From IMG/VR virus record IMGVR_UViG_3300034196_000061, positions 1 to 60,045 of that record: a stretch of DNA of 60,045 nt. One strand, given 5' to 3'. Positions within the stretch are counted from its first letter, which is position 1; every line of letters begins with the position of its first letter. The notes beneath the pieces were generated by a model, which saw only the letters and a program-made list of their open reading frames with translations, was not told where the DNA came from and made no database searches. A program made the translations under genes and the position numbers. This DNA is from a virus (taxonomy: Duplodnaviria; Caudoviricetes). This document shows positions 36,535 to 45,590 of this stretch, piece after piece.

Positions 36535-38886
36535 ATGTCTGGCGCCATTGCCGTAGACCCTTGGGCCGGCAGACTGGACCCCGCGTTTGACGATCCGATT
36601 GCGCCACCCGCCGCCGCCCGGCCGCCTGCTTCGCCTGTCGCTCCGGTTGCGCCGGCCGCGCCCGCCGCGGACCCGTACGCCGGCCGTCTCGGGGATGCGA
36701 TTGAAGCCCCCCTTGTGCCGCGCGCACCACCCCGCACCGACGCCGGAGGCATGGGCCGGAACATCGCCGCTGGCGCCATCGAAGGCGCTGGCGGAATGCT
36801 CAATATCATTTCGGACCCGTTCGGCAACCTGATCGGCCGCCCGGTAGTCCGCGCCGGCATGTTTGCTCACGATGCGCTGGCCCCGTACACGGGCGCGACG
36901 CGCTTCACGGACGAAGATCGGCGGGCCATGCTTGACGATACAGTGCCCCAACCGGGCACGCGCATTGCCAACCGCGTCGGGGCGTGGCTTGGCGCCCCCT
37001 CGCCAGAGTCTGTCGCGGTCACGACGCCCAGCGAGGGGTGGGCACGCGCAGCAGCCGCGGGCGCTCTCGGCGGAATTCCCTTTGGTTTCGGGACCGCTGC
37101 AATCGGCGCGGCGGGCGCCCCGCTCAGTCAGGAAGCCGCTCAACGCGCCGGGGCCGCGGCGCCGGAGTGGGCAAAACCGTACGTGGAGCCGGCCGCAGCG
37201 GGGGCGGCGGCTCTCGCGCTGCCCGTCGCCGGCCGGACGGCAGCGGGCGGCCTCGGAATGGCCGCCAGGGCGGCGCTTGTGCCGCGCGACGCCGAGCTTC
37301 AGCGGCTGTTGCAGTACGCCCAGCAACAGGACATCCCGGCGACAGTCGGCGGCGTGACGCAAAGCCCGTTCGCCAAGACGATGGACTCCGTGCTCCGGTC
37401 AGTCCCGGGATCGGGGTACGCCGGCCTCGACGCCGAGATGCAGAGCGCCATCAACCGCGCGGCCAATCGCACGATGGGCCTTGATGCGCAGACGCTGCGC
37501 TTGGCCAACTTGCCAGATGACAAGGTGACGGGCGCGCATTTCAATCTTGCGCACAGGCTCTCAGCGGGAGAAATGCAGAGGATCGAATCGACGTATCCGC
37601 TGCGGCTTGATCCGCAGTTGGGCGCGGACCTCCGCGCGATCATCGGCCGCTTCAACCCGAGCACGATTGCGCAACACGAAGCGACGGCGATTGAAAGTAG
37701 CCTCACGCAATTTCTGGACACCGCACTCGAAAACCAGCGGCGGAGCGGAATTGCAGGCGAAATCCCGGGGACCGTGTACGGAAACTTCGTGCACACGGGG
37801 GCGCCGATCGAAAGCGCGATTGGTTCCACGTCGCCGAACATGCGCCGCGCCAACACGGAAATTCTGCGGGCGCTACAGGACGCCTACACGCGATCACTTC
37901 CGGCGAACGAAGCCGGAGCGTACCACGCCGCGCGGGTGAACTATTCGAACAAGGAAGCGCTGTCGCCGATTGCCGGCCGGGCCGACGTGCCGGGCGGAGC
38001 TCACCCGAGCACGGGCGACATCGTTCCCGAACAGCTACGCGGCATCGTCAACCGGGCGCGCGGCGGGCCGGAAGTCGCCTACCTCAACCCAGGCGACGAT
38101 CGTTTGAATGATTTGGCCCAACTGACTCAGCGGCTGAAGCAACCCCGGAGCTCCAACACCAGCGAGCGCAGTTTTGCCCGCCGGACGCTTGAGGGCATCC
38201 CCCATATCGTTACGGCTCTTGGGGCCGCGGCGATGGAGCGCGGGGCGATGCCGGAGTTCATGCACCCAACGACAGTCGGGCCGACGCTACTCGGGGCGGG
38301 TGCGCTCGGCTTCCTGGCACGCGGGCTCGGGGCCGGACTGCGCACCCCGGCGCTGCCCGAAGGCACCTTCAGCCAGCGGCTTGGGCGCGCCGTCACGGAT
38401 AGCCTGCCGGCCGCGGTTGCCGGCGCGGCCGGCGGCGCCGAGACGCCCACGATCAACCCGGCGACCGGGCTTCCGCAGTACAACCTCGCCGACGCGCAGG
38501 CGGCCAATGCCGCATCGGGCCACCCGCTTGTTTCTGGATTACTCGCGTCTGGCGCGAAATATAGCGATTGGGTTCGCGCTCACCGTGCAGGGATCATCCG
38601 CGAGTTCGGCGGACAAGGATTCCAACGGATGATGCAACTAGGTGCTTCACTTTCGCGTGGGAACACTATATTACGTTCCATGGTTGACTTGTTCAACTCA
38701 CGGTCGGGGCTTCCCCCGATGTTGTCTCATCTCGGGGTGCGATCTCCCGACGATCTGATACTTGCGGCGGTCCGAAAATCGGGCCTCGCGAACGTGCTGT
38801 CTGGACCTTCAATGCCAAATGGCCGTGTCAGTAATTGGGCATTGAAGCAGGTTGCTAAGGCTATTGGCGGGGATACCGGAACCTGA
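36535..38886 (+). CDS. Large internal virion / ejection protein
   Basis: 783 aa Ala-rich, SSNTSER and INPATGLPQYN motifs, last of the structural operon. Confidence 0.7.
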   Translation: MSGAIAVDPWAGRLDPAFDDPIAPPAAARPPASPVAPVAPAAPAADPYAGRLGDAIEAPLVPRAPPRTDAGGMGRNIAAGAIEGAGGMLNIISDPFGNLIGRPVVRAGMFAHDALAPYTGATRFTDEDRRAMLDDTVPQPGTRIANRVGAWLGAPSPESVAVTTPSEGWARAAAAGALGGIPFGFGTAAIGAAGAPLSQEAAQRAGAAAPEWAKPYVEPAAAGAAALALPVAGRTAAGGLGMAARAALVPRDAELQRLLQYAQQQDIPATVGGVTQSPFAKTMDSVLRSVPGSGYAGLDAEMQSAINRAANRTMGLDAQTLRLANLPDDKVTGAHFNLAHRLSAGEMQRIESTYPLRLDPQLGADLRAIIGRFNPSTIAQHEATAIESSLTQFLDTALENQRRSGIAGEIPGTVYGNFVHTGAPIESAIGSTSPNMRRANTEILRALQDAYTRSLPANEAGAYHAARVNYSNKEALSPIAGRADVPGGAHPSTGDIVPEQLRGIVNRARGGPEVAYLNPGDDRLNDLAQLTQRLKQPRSSNTSERSFARRTLEGIPHIVTALGAAAMERGAMPEFMHPTTVGPTLLGAGALGFLARGLGAGLRTPALPEGTFSQRLGRAVTDSLPAAVAGAAGGAETPTINPATGLPQYNLADAQAANAASGHPLVSGLLASGAKYSDWVRAHRAGIIREFGGQGFQRMMQLGASLSRGNTILRSMVDLFNSRSGLPPMLSHLGVRSPDDLILAAVRKSGLANVLSGPSMPNGRVSNWALKQVAKAIGGDTGT

Positions 38887-38937
38887 TTTCAGGACGGCAA
38901 TCGGGGGCAGAAGGCTCCGCTACTCGGTTGTAAGGTC

Positions 38938-39147
38938 ATGTCTGAATTTGAATACGTAAAAATTGCTGCCGACTTGTTTCTAATTCCGTGCGGATGGATT
39001 TTAATAAAGATACTGTTGGCAATTCAGGAAATGAAAGTTTCCTTGATTTCCGCAGAATTGCGCATGAACGAAAAGTTCGTAAAATCGACGGAATGCAGAC
39101 GAAATAGACATTTTGACAACAAGCGTGTTTCAGCAGGTTCGCAATGA
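38938..39147 (+). CDS. Small single-TM membrane protein (lysis module)
   Basis: Hydrophobic N-terminal segment; precedes holin-like gene and endolysin. Confidence 0.55.
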   Translation: MSEFEYVKIAADLFLIPCGWILIKILLAIQEMKVSLISAELRMNEKFVKSTECRRNRHFDNKRVSAGSQ

Positions 39148-39344
39148 ATTTTCGTATCGCTCTTCAGCCGTCATCCTTCGCTGGATATGCCGGTGTTGGT
39201 GCCACAATCCTTTCGACTGTCGCAAGCAACAGCGGGAACCTTCCGAACAATGCCTTTGGTTGGATCACGCTTGCCTTGACGGTCGTGTCAAGCATTGCGG
39301 CGATCAAAATTGACGACGGGTCAGGTCACAAGCCGGCCCCGTAA
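39144..39344 (+). CDS. Putative holin
   Basis: 66 aa, two hydrophobic segments, directly before endolysin. Confidence 0.55.
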   Translation: MNFRIALQPSSFAGYAGVGATILSTVASNSGNLPNNAFGWITLALTVVSSIAAIKIDDGSGHKPAP

Positions 39345-39380
39345 ATTCTCCTTAGCAACCTGAAGCTTTGAGTAAACACC

Positions 39381-39413
39381 GCGGCCCCCGACGACCTGGG
39401 GGCCGCACGTTTT
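39381..39413 (+). terminator. GC hairpin, possible weak terminator
   Basis: GCGGCCCCC-N8-GGGGGCCGC followed by ACGTTTT. Confidence 0.4.
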
Positions 39414-39425
39414 CGCTGGAAAACC

Positions 39426-39971
39426 ATGACGCAATTTGAGCGCTGCGTTTCTTTCACCCTCGCGGAAGAGGGCGACGAGTACACCGACGACCCGCGCGAT
39501 CCGGGCGGACCGACCCGATGGGGGATCACCCTGGCGGACCTCCGCCGCTGGCGTGAGGGGCACGCTCACCCCGACGAGCCGGTGACGGTGACGGCGGGGG
39601 ACGTGCGCGACATGGGCCAACAGGAAGCCCGTGAGATATACAGGGCGAAGTATTGGAACGTGGTGCAGGGCGACTATCTTTCGTACGGACTTGACCTGTG
39701 CGTCTTTGACTACGGCGTGAACAGCGGTACCGTTCGCAGCGTGAAGCTATTGCAGAGTTTTTTGCGCACGAATGTTGACGGTGTTCTTGGCCCAAAGACG
39801 CTGGCGGCGGTGCGCGGCGTCAACGATCTCCCCGGGCTGATCGGCCGGTTTCAGGACGCCCGACAAGCGTTTCTGGAGTCGCTGAGCACGTTCGACCACT
39901 TCGGCCGCGGGTGGACGGCTCGAGTCGCGCGCATCCGAGTCGCCGCCCTGGCCATGGCGACGAGGGGCTGA
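39426..39971 (+). CDS. Endolysin, glycoside hydrolase family 108 with peptidoglycan-binding domain
   Basis: EEG..YTDDPRDPGGPTRWGIT, IYRAKYW, FDYGVNSG, DGVLGPKTL, FGRGWTARV. Confidence 0.92.
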   Translation: MTQFERCVSFTLAEEGDEYTDDPRDPGGPTRWGITLADLRRWREGHAHPDEPVTVTAGDVRDMGQQEAREIYRAKYWNVVQGDYLSYGLDLCVFDYGVNSGTVRSVKLLQSFLRTNVDGVLGPKTLAAVRGVNDLPGLIGRFQDARQAFLESLSTFDHFGRGWTARVARIRVAALAMATRG

Positions 39972-39982
39972 AGCAAAAAAAG

Positions 39983-40216
39983 TTATCCACATTTGCCTGT
40001 TTTATGGGCAAAGTTATCCACGTTATCCACAGGAAATCGCGGAATCTTGAATCAGTGGGGTGTGATCTTTTGTACGCACGCCAAAAGTGCCAGTTTTTGG
40101 GATATCAATAGGTTACGGGACTTATCCCGTGATCTATTGTAGGGCATTCTAATAGAAGAACTAATAGCTTTCTTCCTTCTGTCCGGCAGGGGCTTGTCTC
40201 CTACAAAAGATCACAC
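39983..40216. promoter_or_regulatory. Plasmid-type replication origin (oriV): DnaA boxes, IHF site, iterons
   Basis: TTATCCACA at 39983 and 40023, TTATCCACG at 40014; TATCAATAGGTTA at 40103; GTGATCTWTTGTA at 40062, 40129 and inverted at 40202-40214. Confidence 0.8.
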
Positions 40217-40252
40217 TCCCGCCGATCTCCCGGATGTGCCAGCCTTGGTCGC

Positions 40253-41176
40253 ATGGGAAAGGTGCATCGGCTGATAGCGGAGGAAGGGCGGCAAGGAGCA
40301 ATGCGCTTCGATGTGCCGCGCACGGTCATTGAAGCCGCTTCGGCTTACATGGCCAATGAGGAAGGCGGCATTGAATGCCTCTACTCGGGTTGGTGCCAAG
40401 CGGCGCTGCCGCATCGGCGCATCCCTGACGGCGACGACTGGAAGGTAACGAGCGAGTTTGTAACGCTGGTCGTTGAGAGTGGCGTTCGCCTGGATCAAGC
40501 TAACAACATGGTCCATGTCGGCGTGCCGTTCGGATCGAAAGCCCGACTGATTTTGCTCTACCTGCAAGCGGAGGCTTTGCGCACGGACAACCGAGAAGTT
40601 GAGCTTGGGAAAAGTCTTCGTTCCTGGCTTGCGAAGCTTGGAATCCCGGTTGGCGGAAAGAACGTGCGCGAGGTTCGCGAACAATCGGACCGGCTGGCCC
40701 GGTGCCGGATTTCCTTCCACTTCCAGCGCGGCCGGAAGCGCGCCCTCGTCAATCAGAACATCATGGATACCGCGATGTTCGAAGAGGACGAAGGCGACGG
40801 CGGCGTTGTCTCGACATTTCTGGACCGGGCTTGCCTATCGGAAGCATTCTTTGCGGAGCTCAAGCGGCACCCTGTCCCGCTGGAAGAGTCGGCCATCCGG
40901 GCGCTGTCCAACAACTCTCAGGGGCTCGACATCTATGCGTGGCTTGCCTACCGACTGCACTCGCTGAAGGCCGCGACGCCGATCAATTGGCCCGCCCTCA
41001 AGCCGCAATTTGGCGCTGGTGTTGGGCGCATGGACAATTTCCGCCGGCTGTTCCTCCCCAACCTGCATCTGGCTCTGGCGGTCTATCCGGACGCCAAGGT
41101 TGACCTCACAGACACCGGCCTGTTGCTGCACCCGTCCCGGCCGCCCGTCGCGCCGCGCGTGTTCGCCGTCGCCTGA
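40253..41176 (+). CDS. repA: Plasmid replication initiator RepA (RepA_C, IncW/pBBR1-like)
   Basis: CQAALPHR, GVPFGSKARLILLYL, REQ..RL, HPVPL, LDIYAWLAYRL, L..QFG, PSRPPV. Confidence 0.9.
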   Translation: MGKVHRLIAEEGRQGAMRFDVPRTVIEAASAYMANEEGGIECLYSGWCQAALPHRRIPDGDDWKVTSEFVTLVVESGVRLDQANNMVHVGVPFGSKARLILLYLQAEALRTDNREVELGKSLRSWLAKLGIPVGGKNVREVREQSDRLARCRISFHFQRGRKRALVNQNIMDTAMFEEDEGDGGVVSTFLDRACLSEAFFAELKRHPVPLEESAIRALSNNSQGLDIYAWLAYRLHSLKAATPINWPALKPQFGAGVGRMDNFRRLFLPNLHLALAVYPDAKVDLTDTGLLLHPSRPPVAPRVFAVA

Positions 41177-41183
41177 CGACGCC

Positions 41184-41600
41184 ATGCCCTGGGAATCGCT
41201 GGAAATTCGGGGGCTGTATCGACTCGCCGGGCGGGACGTGGTTCCGGAACCCAGCTTCATGGAGTGGGCGGCTTGGCGAGGGCACGCGGATTGCACGGTT
41301 CGGCGCACCAATGTTTCCAAGCCGGGAATGAGCCATCCAACGTTGATCTCAACCGTGTTCATCGGGGTTGATCTTGGGTGCAAAGACGGTGAGCTCCCCC
41401 TGGTGTTCGAAACCATGATCTTTGTCGGCGGTCGGGCAAGTGGCTCACAATGGCGCCGCAGCACCTGGGAAGACGCCGAAGCCTGCCACGACGACGCGGT
41501 TGCCATGGCCACTGCCGCGGCCATGGCCACGGGCTCAGAGGGCGTGGAAGTCCACGATGTGCCTAGCCCGAGCTCAGGGCAGAGCGGGCCAACTGCGTAA
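41184..41600 (+). CDS. Conserved phage hypothetical protein
   Basis: ISTVFIGVD.....PLVFETMIF...STWEDAEACH. Confidence 0.7.
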   Translation: MPWESLEIRGLYRLAGRDVVPEPSFMEWAAWRGHADCTVRRTNVSKPGMSHPTLISTVFIGVDLGCKDGELPLVFETMIFVGGRASGSQWRRSTWEDAEACHDDAVAMATAAAMATGSEGVEVHDVPSPSSGQSGPTA

Positions 41601-41739
41601 GCAGTTCGGCGGTTTCCTGGCCCCCGGTGGTGGTCGTGAAGTTCGGGGCAACGTCGCGCCGCACAAGTTCTTCCTTCCTGGCCATCCCCGCGACCACGCC
41701 GGCCAACAGGTGCAGCAAGGCCCGCTCTTCCTCAGTCAT
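41563..41739 (-). CDS. Hypothetical protein
   Basis: MTEEERALLHLLAG with GGGGA RBS. Confidence 0.45.
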   Translation of the reverse strand: MTEEERALLHLLAGVVAGMARKEELVRRDVAPNFTTTTGGQETAELLTQLARSALSSG

Positions 41740-42025
41740 CGGCCGATCCCCCCACCTGTTGGTCCATGCCATTGGCGCCCTCCCTCCGGTCCGCAGAAGC
41801 TTCCGCCAGCACCTTGCGGGCCATGTCCCCGAGCGTCTTCGAAGTGGCTTCGTTCGTGCCCGTCAGGAGCTTCCAGACGACACGATGGCGGCCCGTCCAT
41901 GGGCCGGCGGCCCAAAACATCAGAACGGCCCCAGCAAGCCTCTCAGCGGCTGTGGCGTCGGGGTTGATAAGCCAATCTCCGGGAGGATCGGCGTCCGCTT
42001 CCAATCCTCCGCCGATCTCCGTCAT
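41732..42025 (-). CDS. Hypothetical protein
   Basis: AGGAG RBS; AVLMFW..GPW...W..LTG.NEATSKTLGD. Confidence 0.6.
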   Translation of the reverse strand: MTEIGGGLEADADPPGDWLINPDATAAERLAGAVLMFWAAGPWTGRHRVVWKLLTGTNEATSKTLGDMARKVLAEASADRREGANGMDQQVGGSADD

Positions 42026-42165
42026 TGAAATCCGCTCCTGATCCGATTGCAATCCGCCCTCATTAAAATCCGATCGGCATCCGCTTTTGATGAACCGGAA
42101 GCGGGCCAGGGGCGGATTGGCATCCGATGCCGTTGAAATCCGCTCCCAAATCCGATCTCAATCCC
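42026..42165. repeat. Phased ATCCG repeat array (centromere-like)
   Basis: ATCCG at 42030, 42041, 42052, 42068, 42079, 42122, 42138, 42150; inverted copy at 42113. Confidence 0.65.
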
Positions 42166-42655
42166 CGTTAAGACGGTCCGCTGCCGGTCCGCCTTCAGTC
42201 TGCCTTTGGTCGGGGTGGTGGGGAGATCCGACTCCATTTACCTTGACCAGCGCCTTGCCGGCCTTTGGCTTGCGGGCCGCGGGGAGCTTCAGGGGGACCT
42301 CACCGGCCGCCAGCATTGCGTTTGACAGCGCTGCGGCCCGATGCAGGGGGACAGATCGCCCCTGGTAGAGCAGGGCGTGAGCCGCAATGATCCGCTCCAA
42401 ATCCGCCACGCGATCCGCCCGCCGATCCGCCGCGCCGGCCGACTCGGGCGCCTGCGTCTGATCGGAAGCGGATTGCGCCGCGGCCCCATTGACGTAGGCA
42501 ACAATCGCCGCTTCCACGAATTCAGACACCAGCATCCGCCGGGCTTTCGCCTCTTTCGATGCCAGTTCGCTGATGTCTTTGGGCATCAGGGCGATGCTCC
42601 ATTTCTCCCGAGATCGGCCATCGTCGTGGGCTTCCTTCGCCCGAAAATCTGCCAC
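42158..42655 (-). CDS. Ribbon-helix-helix-like DNA-binding protein, candidate plasmid stability factor
   Basis: EKWSIALMPKDISELASKEAKARRMLVSEFVEAAI; GTG start after GAAGAGG. Confidence 0.65.
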   Translation of the reverse strand: MADFRAKEAHDDGRSREKWSIALMPKDISELASKEAKARRMLVSEFVEAAIVAYVNGAAAQSASDQTQAPESAGAADRRADRVADLERIIAAHALLYQGRSVPLHRAAALSNAMLAAGEVPLKLPAARKPKAGKALVKVNGVGSPHHPDQRQTEGGPAADRLNGD

Positions 42656-42713
42656 CAATCCGCCCTCTTCATTGTTCGAAGCGGATTGCAATCTGCCCGA
42701 AATCAGATTTGAG

Positions 42714-43880
42714 TCAACTCCCGGAAATTCTGGTTCTGGCCATTTCCGCATAGGCGCGATTGATCTCGATCATGGTAGCGTCGCGTCCAAGCTTTCCGGC
42801 CGCCAGTCCGGTAGTTCCGGCCCCACCGAATGGGTCAAGGATGCGGCACGGCACACCCGGACCGCTCGGGCAATCGCAGGAACGACTCCAACCGATTGTT
42901 TTCCGCTTGCGCATACCAGCAAGAATTCGCGCCTTGGTAGCGCTGGAATCTTGAGCGCCAGCGGCGGCATAATCCTTCGTCGCTTTTCCCAAATATGCGC
43001 CGGTTGCATCGCCGCCGCACGCGCGTTGGTGCGCAAGGTCATGGTCGCCGACTTCAACCACGCGCTCAAACGGAACCCCACACACCGCGCAGCATCCGCC
43101 CTCGCTGCTTCCCGCCAAAATGCACCGCTCAGCCAATGCGGGCGCCATGGTTGCAAAGTGGGCGCCGGAAAACGATTTTGTCGGGATGATCCATACTGAT
43201 CTGGAATTGCGCTTTGTTGGCGTATCCCGAAAACCAACTGTTGCTATACGACTATCACCATTTCTCAAAGCTTCATGCTTTACACCGCCAAATTCGTATT
43301 TGTATCGTTCTGCCGTTTCTGGCTTTACATCTTCGCTAATTGCTTCTGAATCGTAAAAATATGATTTAGATGGAGTTAGCATAAAGACGTATTCGTGCGA
43401 TTTAGTTGGGCGATCTTTAACGCTTTCTGGAATTGGATTTGGTTTGTGCCAAATAATATCTGATCGCAAATACCATCCGTCGTTTCGTAAGGCAAAAGCC
43501 AACATCCATGGAATTCCGAGCAAGTCTTTTGGTTTGATTCCATCCGGATCGGAAGGCCGATTGTCCATGCGGACGAAATTCGTCTCCGAACGCATTCCGT
43601 TTGTGTTTGGTGCCCGCCACGTCCGATCCCCGGATGCGTAGCTGTCGCCGATATTCAGGAACAGAACGCCGTCCATTCTCAGCACGCGGCGAACGTCCCG
43701 GAAGACTCCGACCAACGCTGAGACATAGTGTTCCGGATTCTCTTCAGCGCCAAGCTGGCCCGCTACGCCGTAATCGCGGAGGCCGAAATATGGAGGGCTT
43801 GTGACGCAACAGTGGTGCGACGACGTTGCAAGCATGGCCAACCCGTCGCGGCAATCCCCGACGATGATGCGTGCGCTCAT
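42714..43880 (-). CDS. DNA N4-cytosine/N6-adenine methyltransferase (beta class)
   Basis: CVTSPPYFGLRDY, WYLRSDIIWHKPNP, HFATM, LDPFGGAGTT. Confidence 0.92.
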   Translation of the reverse strand: MSARIIVGDCRDGLAMLATSSHHCCVTSPPYFGLRDYGVAGQLGAEENPEHYVSALVGVFRDVRRVLRMDGVLFLNIGDSYASGDRTWRAPNTNGMRSETNFVRMDNRPSDPDGIKPKDLLGIPWMLAFALRNDGWYLRSDIIWHKPNPIPESVKDRPTKSHEYVFMLTPSKSYFYDSEAISEDVKPETAERYKYEFGGVKHEALRNGDSRIATVGFRDTPTKRNSRSVWIIPTKSFSGAHFATMAPALAERCILAGSSEGGCCAVCGVPFERVVEVGDHDLAHQRACGGDATGAYLGKATKDYAAAGAQDSSATKARILAGMRKRKTIGWSRSCDCPSGPGVPCRILDPFGGAGTTGLAAGKLGRDATMIEINRAYAEMARTRISGS

Positions 43881-43896
43881 TTGGCCCCCTCAACGG

Positions 43897-43935
43897 AAAG
43901 CGGCGGCGACTCCCGAAGGACGCCGCCGCCGCTCT
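43897..43935 (-). terminator. Hairpin with cUUCGg loop, terminator-like
   Basis: Minus strand GCGGCGGCG-TCCTTCGGGA-GT-CGCCGCCGC-TTT. Confidence 0.45.
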
Positions 43936-44013
43936 CCCGGTGAACCGGCTTGTGTGACCCCGCCGAGGGTAACGCCGTCAATCCACCGACAGCCGCCCGC
44001 AGCACGGGGACGG

Positions 44014-44301
44014 CTATGCCGCCGCGGCAGTCGCCGCCTGTTGGGCAATCGCGTCTTCCAGCGTCACTTGAGCGCCCGCCGAAGCCGGCGGCTCGACGGG
44101 AGCTTTCGGCTTGCGCGGACCGTTGGGACCCCGGGGCGCCGAGACACTGTGCGAAATCTCGACCGTGCCGGAAAGGCTATCGGGCAGCGCGGCGCGAAAA
44201 GCATCGACGGCACCCTTGAGACTGCCGATTGCGGCGGCGTGGTCAAAGATATCTTCGGGCAACGGGAGCGATGCGCCCAGGTTGAACGTTTTTACAGCCA
44301 T
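44014..44301 (-). CDS. Hypothetical protein
   Basis: AAGGA RBS, AT-rich upstream region with TTGCAG-17-TAAGTT. Confidence 0.65.
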   Translation of the reverse strand: MAVKTFNLGASLPLPEDIFDHAAAIGSLKGAVDAFRAALPDSLSGTVEISHSVSAPRGPNGPRKPKAPVEPPASAGAQVTLEDAIAQQAATAAAA

Positions 44302-44528
44302 TTCCCATTCCTTTGTATTGACCTGACGAAACTTAGTAAGTCAGATTTGCGCCTGCAACCTATAATTGTAATTGCCCAAAAGAAAAATGAGGGGGGTATT
44401 TTTCAAGCATGAAGAAAACGTGATAAATTCCAAGCGCTGGCAAATCTTTTCTCAAAACTCAACCGTAGGTCAGAGATCGTTTTTGGCGCCGCCTGATGCT
44501 TCGGACATCCCTTGCACGATGTTGCCGG

Positions 44529-45578
44529 TCACGGCGCGGATGCTTCTTGGCCGGTCGCCGCCTGGGTGTACTCAGGGTTGCCCAGGTCGCCGTCTGGTCC
44601 GTTGATCTCGCCCGTCTCGTGATCGTGCGCCGGCTCCCCCTGTACCTTATTCTCTGTGGGCGCGGGCGCGGGCGCGGGCTCGGGCGCGGCGTCGGCGATG
44701 TCTGCCGCGGCGCGGATTTCAGCCTCCCGGGTCCGCTCGGCCCGGAGCACCTTGACCACCAACTCGTTGCGCCCGGCGGCTTCGAAGTCGCGCAGCATCG
44801 ACTCGGCGCGGGCCGCCAGTTTGGCCAGTTCGTCAACCGCCCGCATTTTTGTTACGACCGCCAAGTATTTGTCGGCCCGCTGAGAGAGTTCGTCCACGAG
44901 ATCGGCGTCCGGGATGGCGTCCGGCATCGACGCGCCGTTCTTGCTCGGCGCGGCCGGGCCGGCGGGCGGTATGATCCCGTCCTCCGGATAGTCCATGACC
45001 TCTTCCGTCGTCAGGAGCCCCTTCAGAACGTCGGGATAGGCATCCCTCAAGGCAAAGCCCCGGGCGCGCTGTTGCAGCATCCGCCGCGGCGAAGTCACCC
45101 AGGGCGTTGGCTTTCCGTCGTACCCCGTCTTCCCCCACAGCTTGGCCATCTTGGCGTCGCCGACCGAAAATTCAGCACGGACGGGGCTCGGGCGGCCCTT
45201 TCGGTGGGTTTCACAGACTGCGCGGAAGTGATCTCCGGTGCCCTCAAACCACTCGTTGATATAAAGGCAAATCCCGCTGGCGTTTACCAGACCGGGAACA
45301 GCATCACCCCAAACGGTTGGGCGTCCATTTGTCACCATTATGTTTGACAGGCTCTGCATTGGAGTAAGCCCGACCTCGGCACCAAACTGCACGGCCAATA
45401 TGATGTCGGCTTTGCGCGGCTTCTTGGTGTTTTTGTCCCAAAAGGAGCTCGGAACCATTGAGGATTCGATGACGTAATCCGCAAAATGTTCAAGCTCTGC
45501 CCATGTCGTCAGACGAAGCGCGGTGACTCTCGGTTCGTATTTCGCGACAGCAGTTTCCGTCTTTTCTGTATCCGCCAC
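44529..45578 (-). CDS. RecT-like single-strand annealing recombinase
   Basis: AVQFGAEVGLTPMQSL.NI...NGRPTVWGD, DAK.AKLWGK, PW...PRRMLQ.RARGFALRDAYPDVLKGL. Confidence 0.85.
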   Translation of the reverse strand: MADTEKTETAVAKYEPRVTALRLTTWAELEHFADYVIESSMVPSSFWDKNTKKPRKADIILAVQFGAEVGLTPMQSLSNIMVTNGRPTVWGDAVPGLVNASGICLYINEWFEGTGDHFRAVCETHRKGRPSPVRAEFSVGDAKMAKLWGKTGYDGKPTPWVTSPRRMLQQRARGFALRDAYPDVLKGLLTTEEVMDYPEDGIIPPAGPAAPSKNGASMPDAIPDADLVDELSQRADKYLAVVTKMRAVDELAKLAARAESMLRDFEAAGRNELVVKVLRAERTREAEIRAAADIADAAPEPAPAPAPTENKVQGEPAHDHETGEINGPDGDLGNPEYTQAATGQEASAP

Positions 45579-45590
45579 TTTCGATTCCTT

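Noticed and set aside
36142-37362. 406-aa antisense ORF (likewise 16941..17933, 44496..45347, 53603..54553, 56082..57173)
   Set aside because: Antisense to well-supported genes; expected from stop-codon scarcity at high GC.
39983-40031. DnaA boxes as a chromosomal oriC
   Set aside because: No dnaA or other host genes nearby; boxes adjoin iterons and a plasmid RepA.
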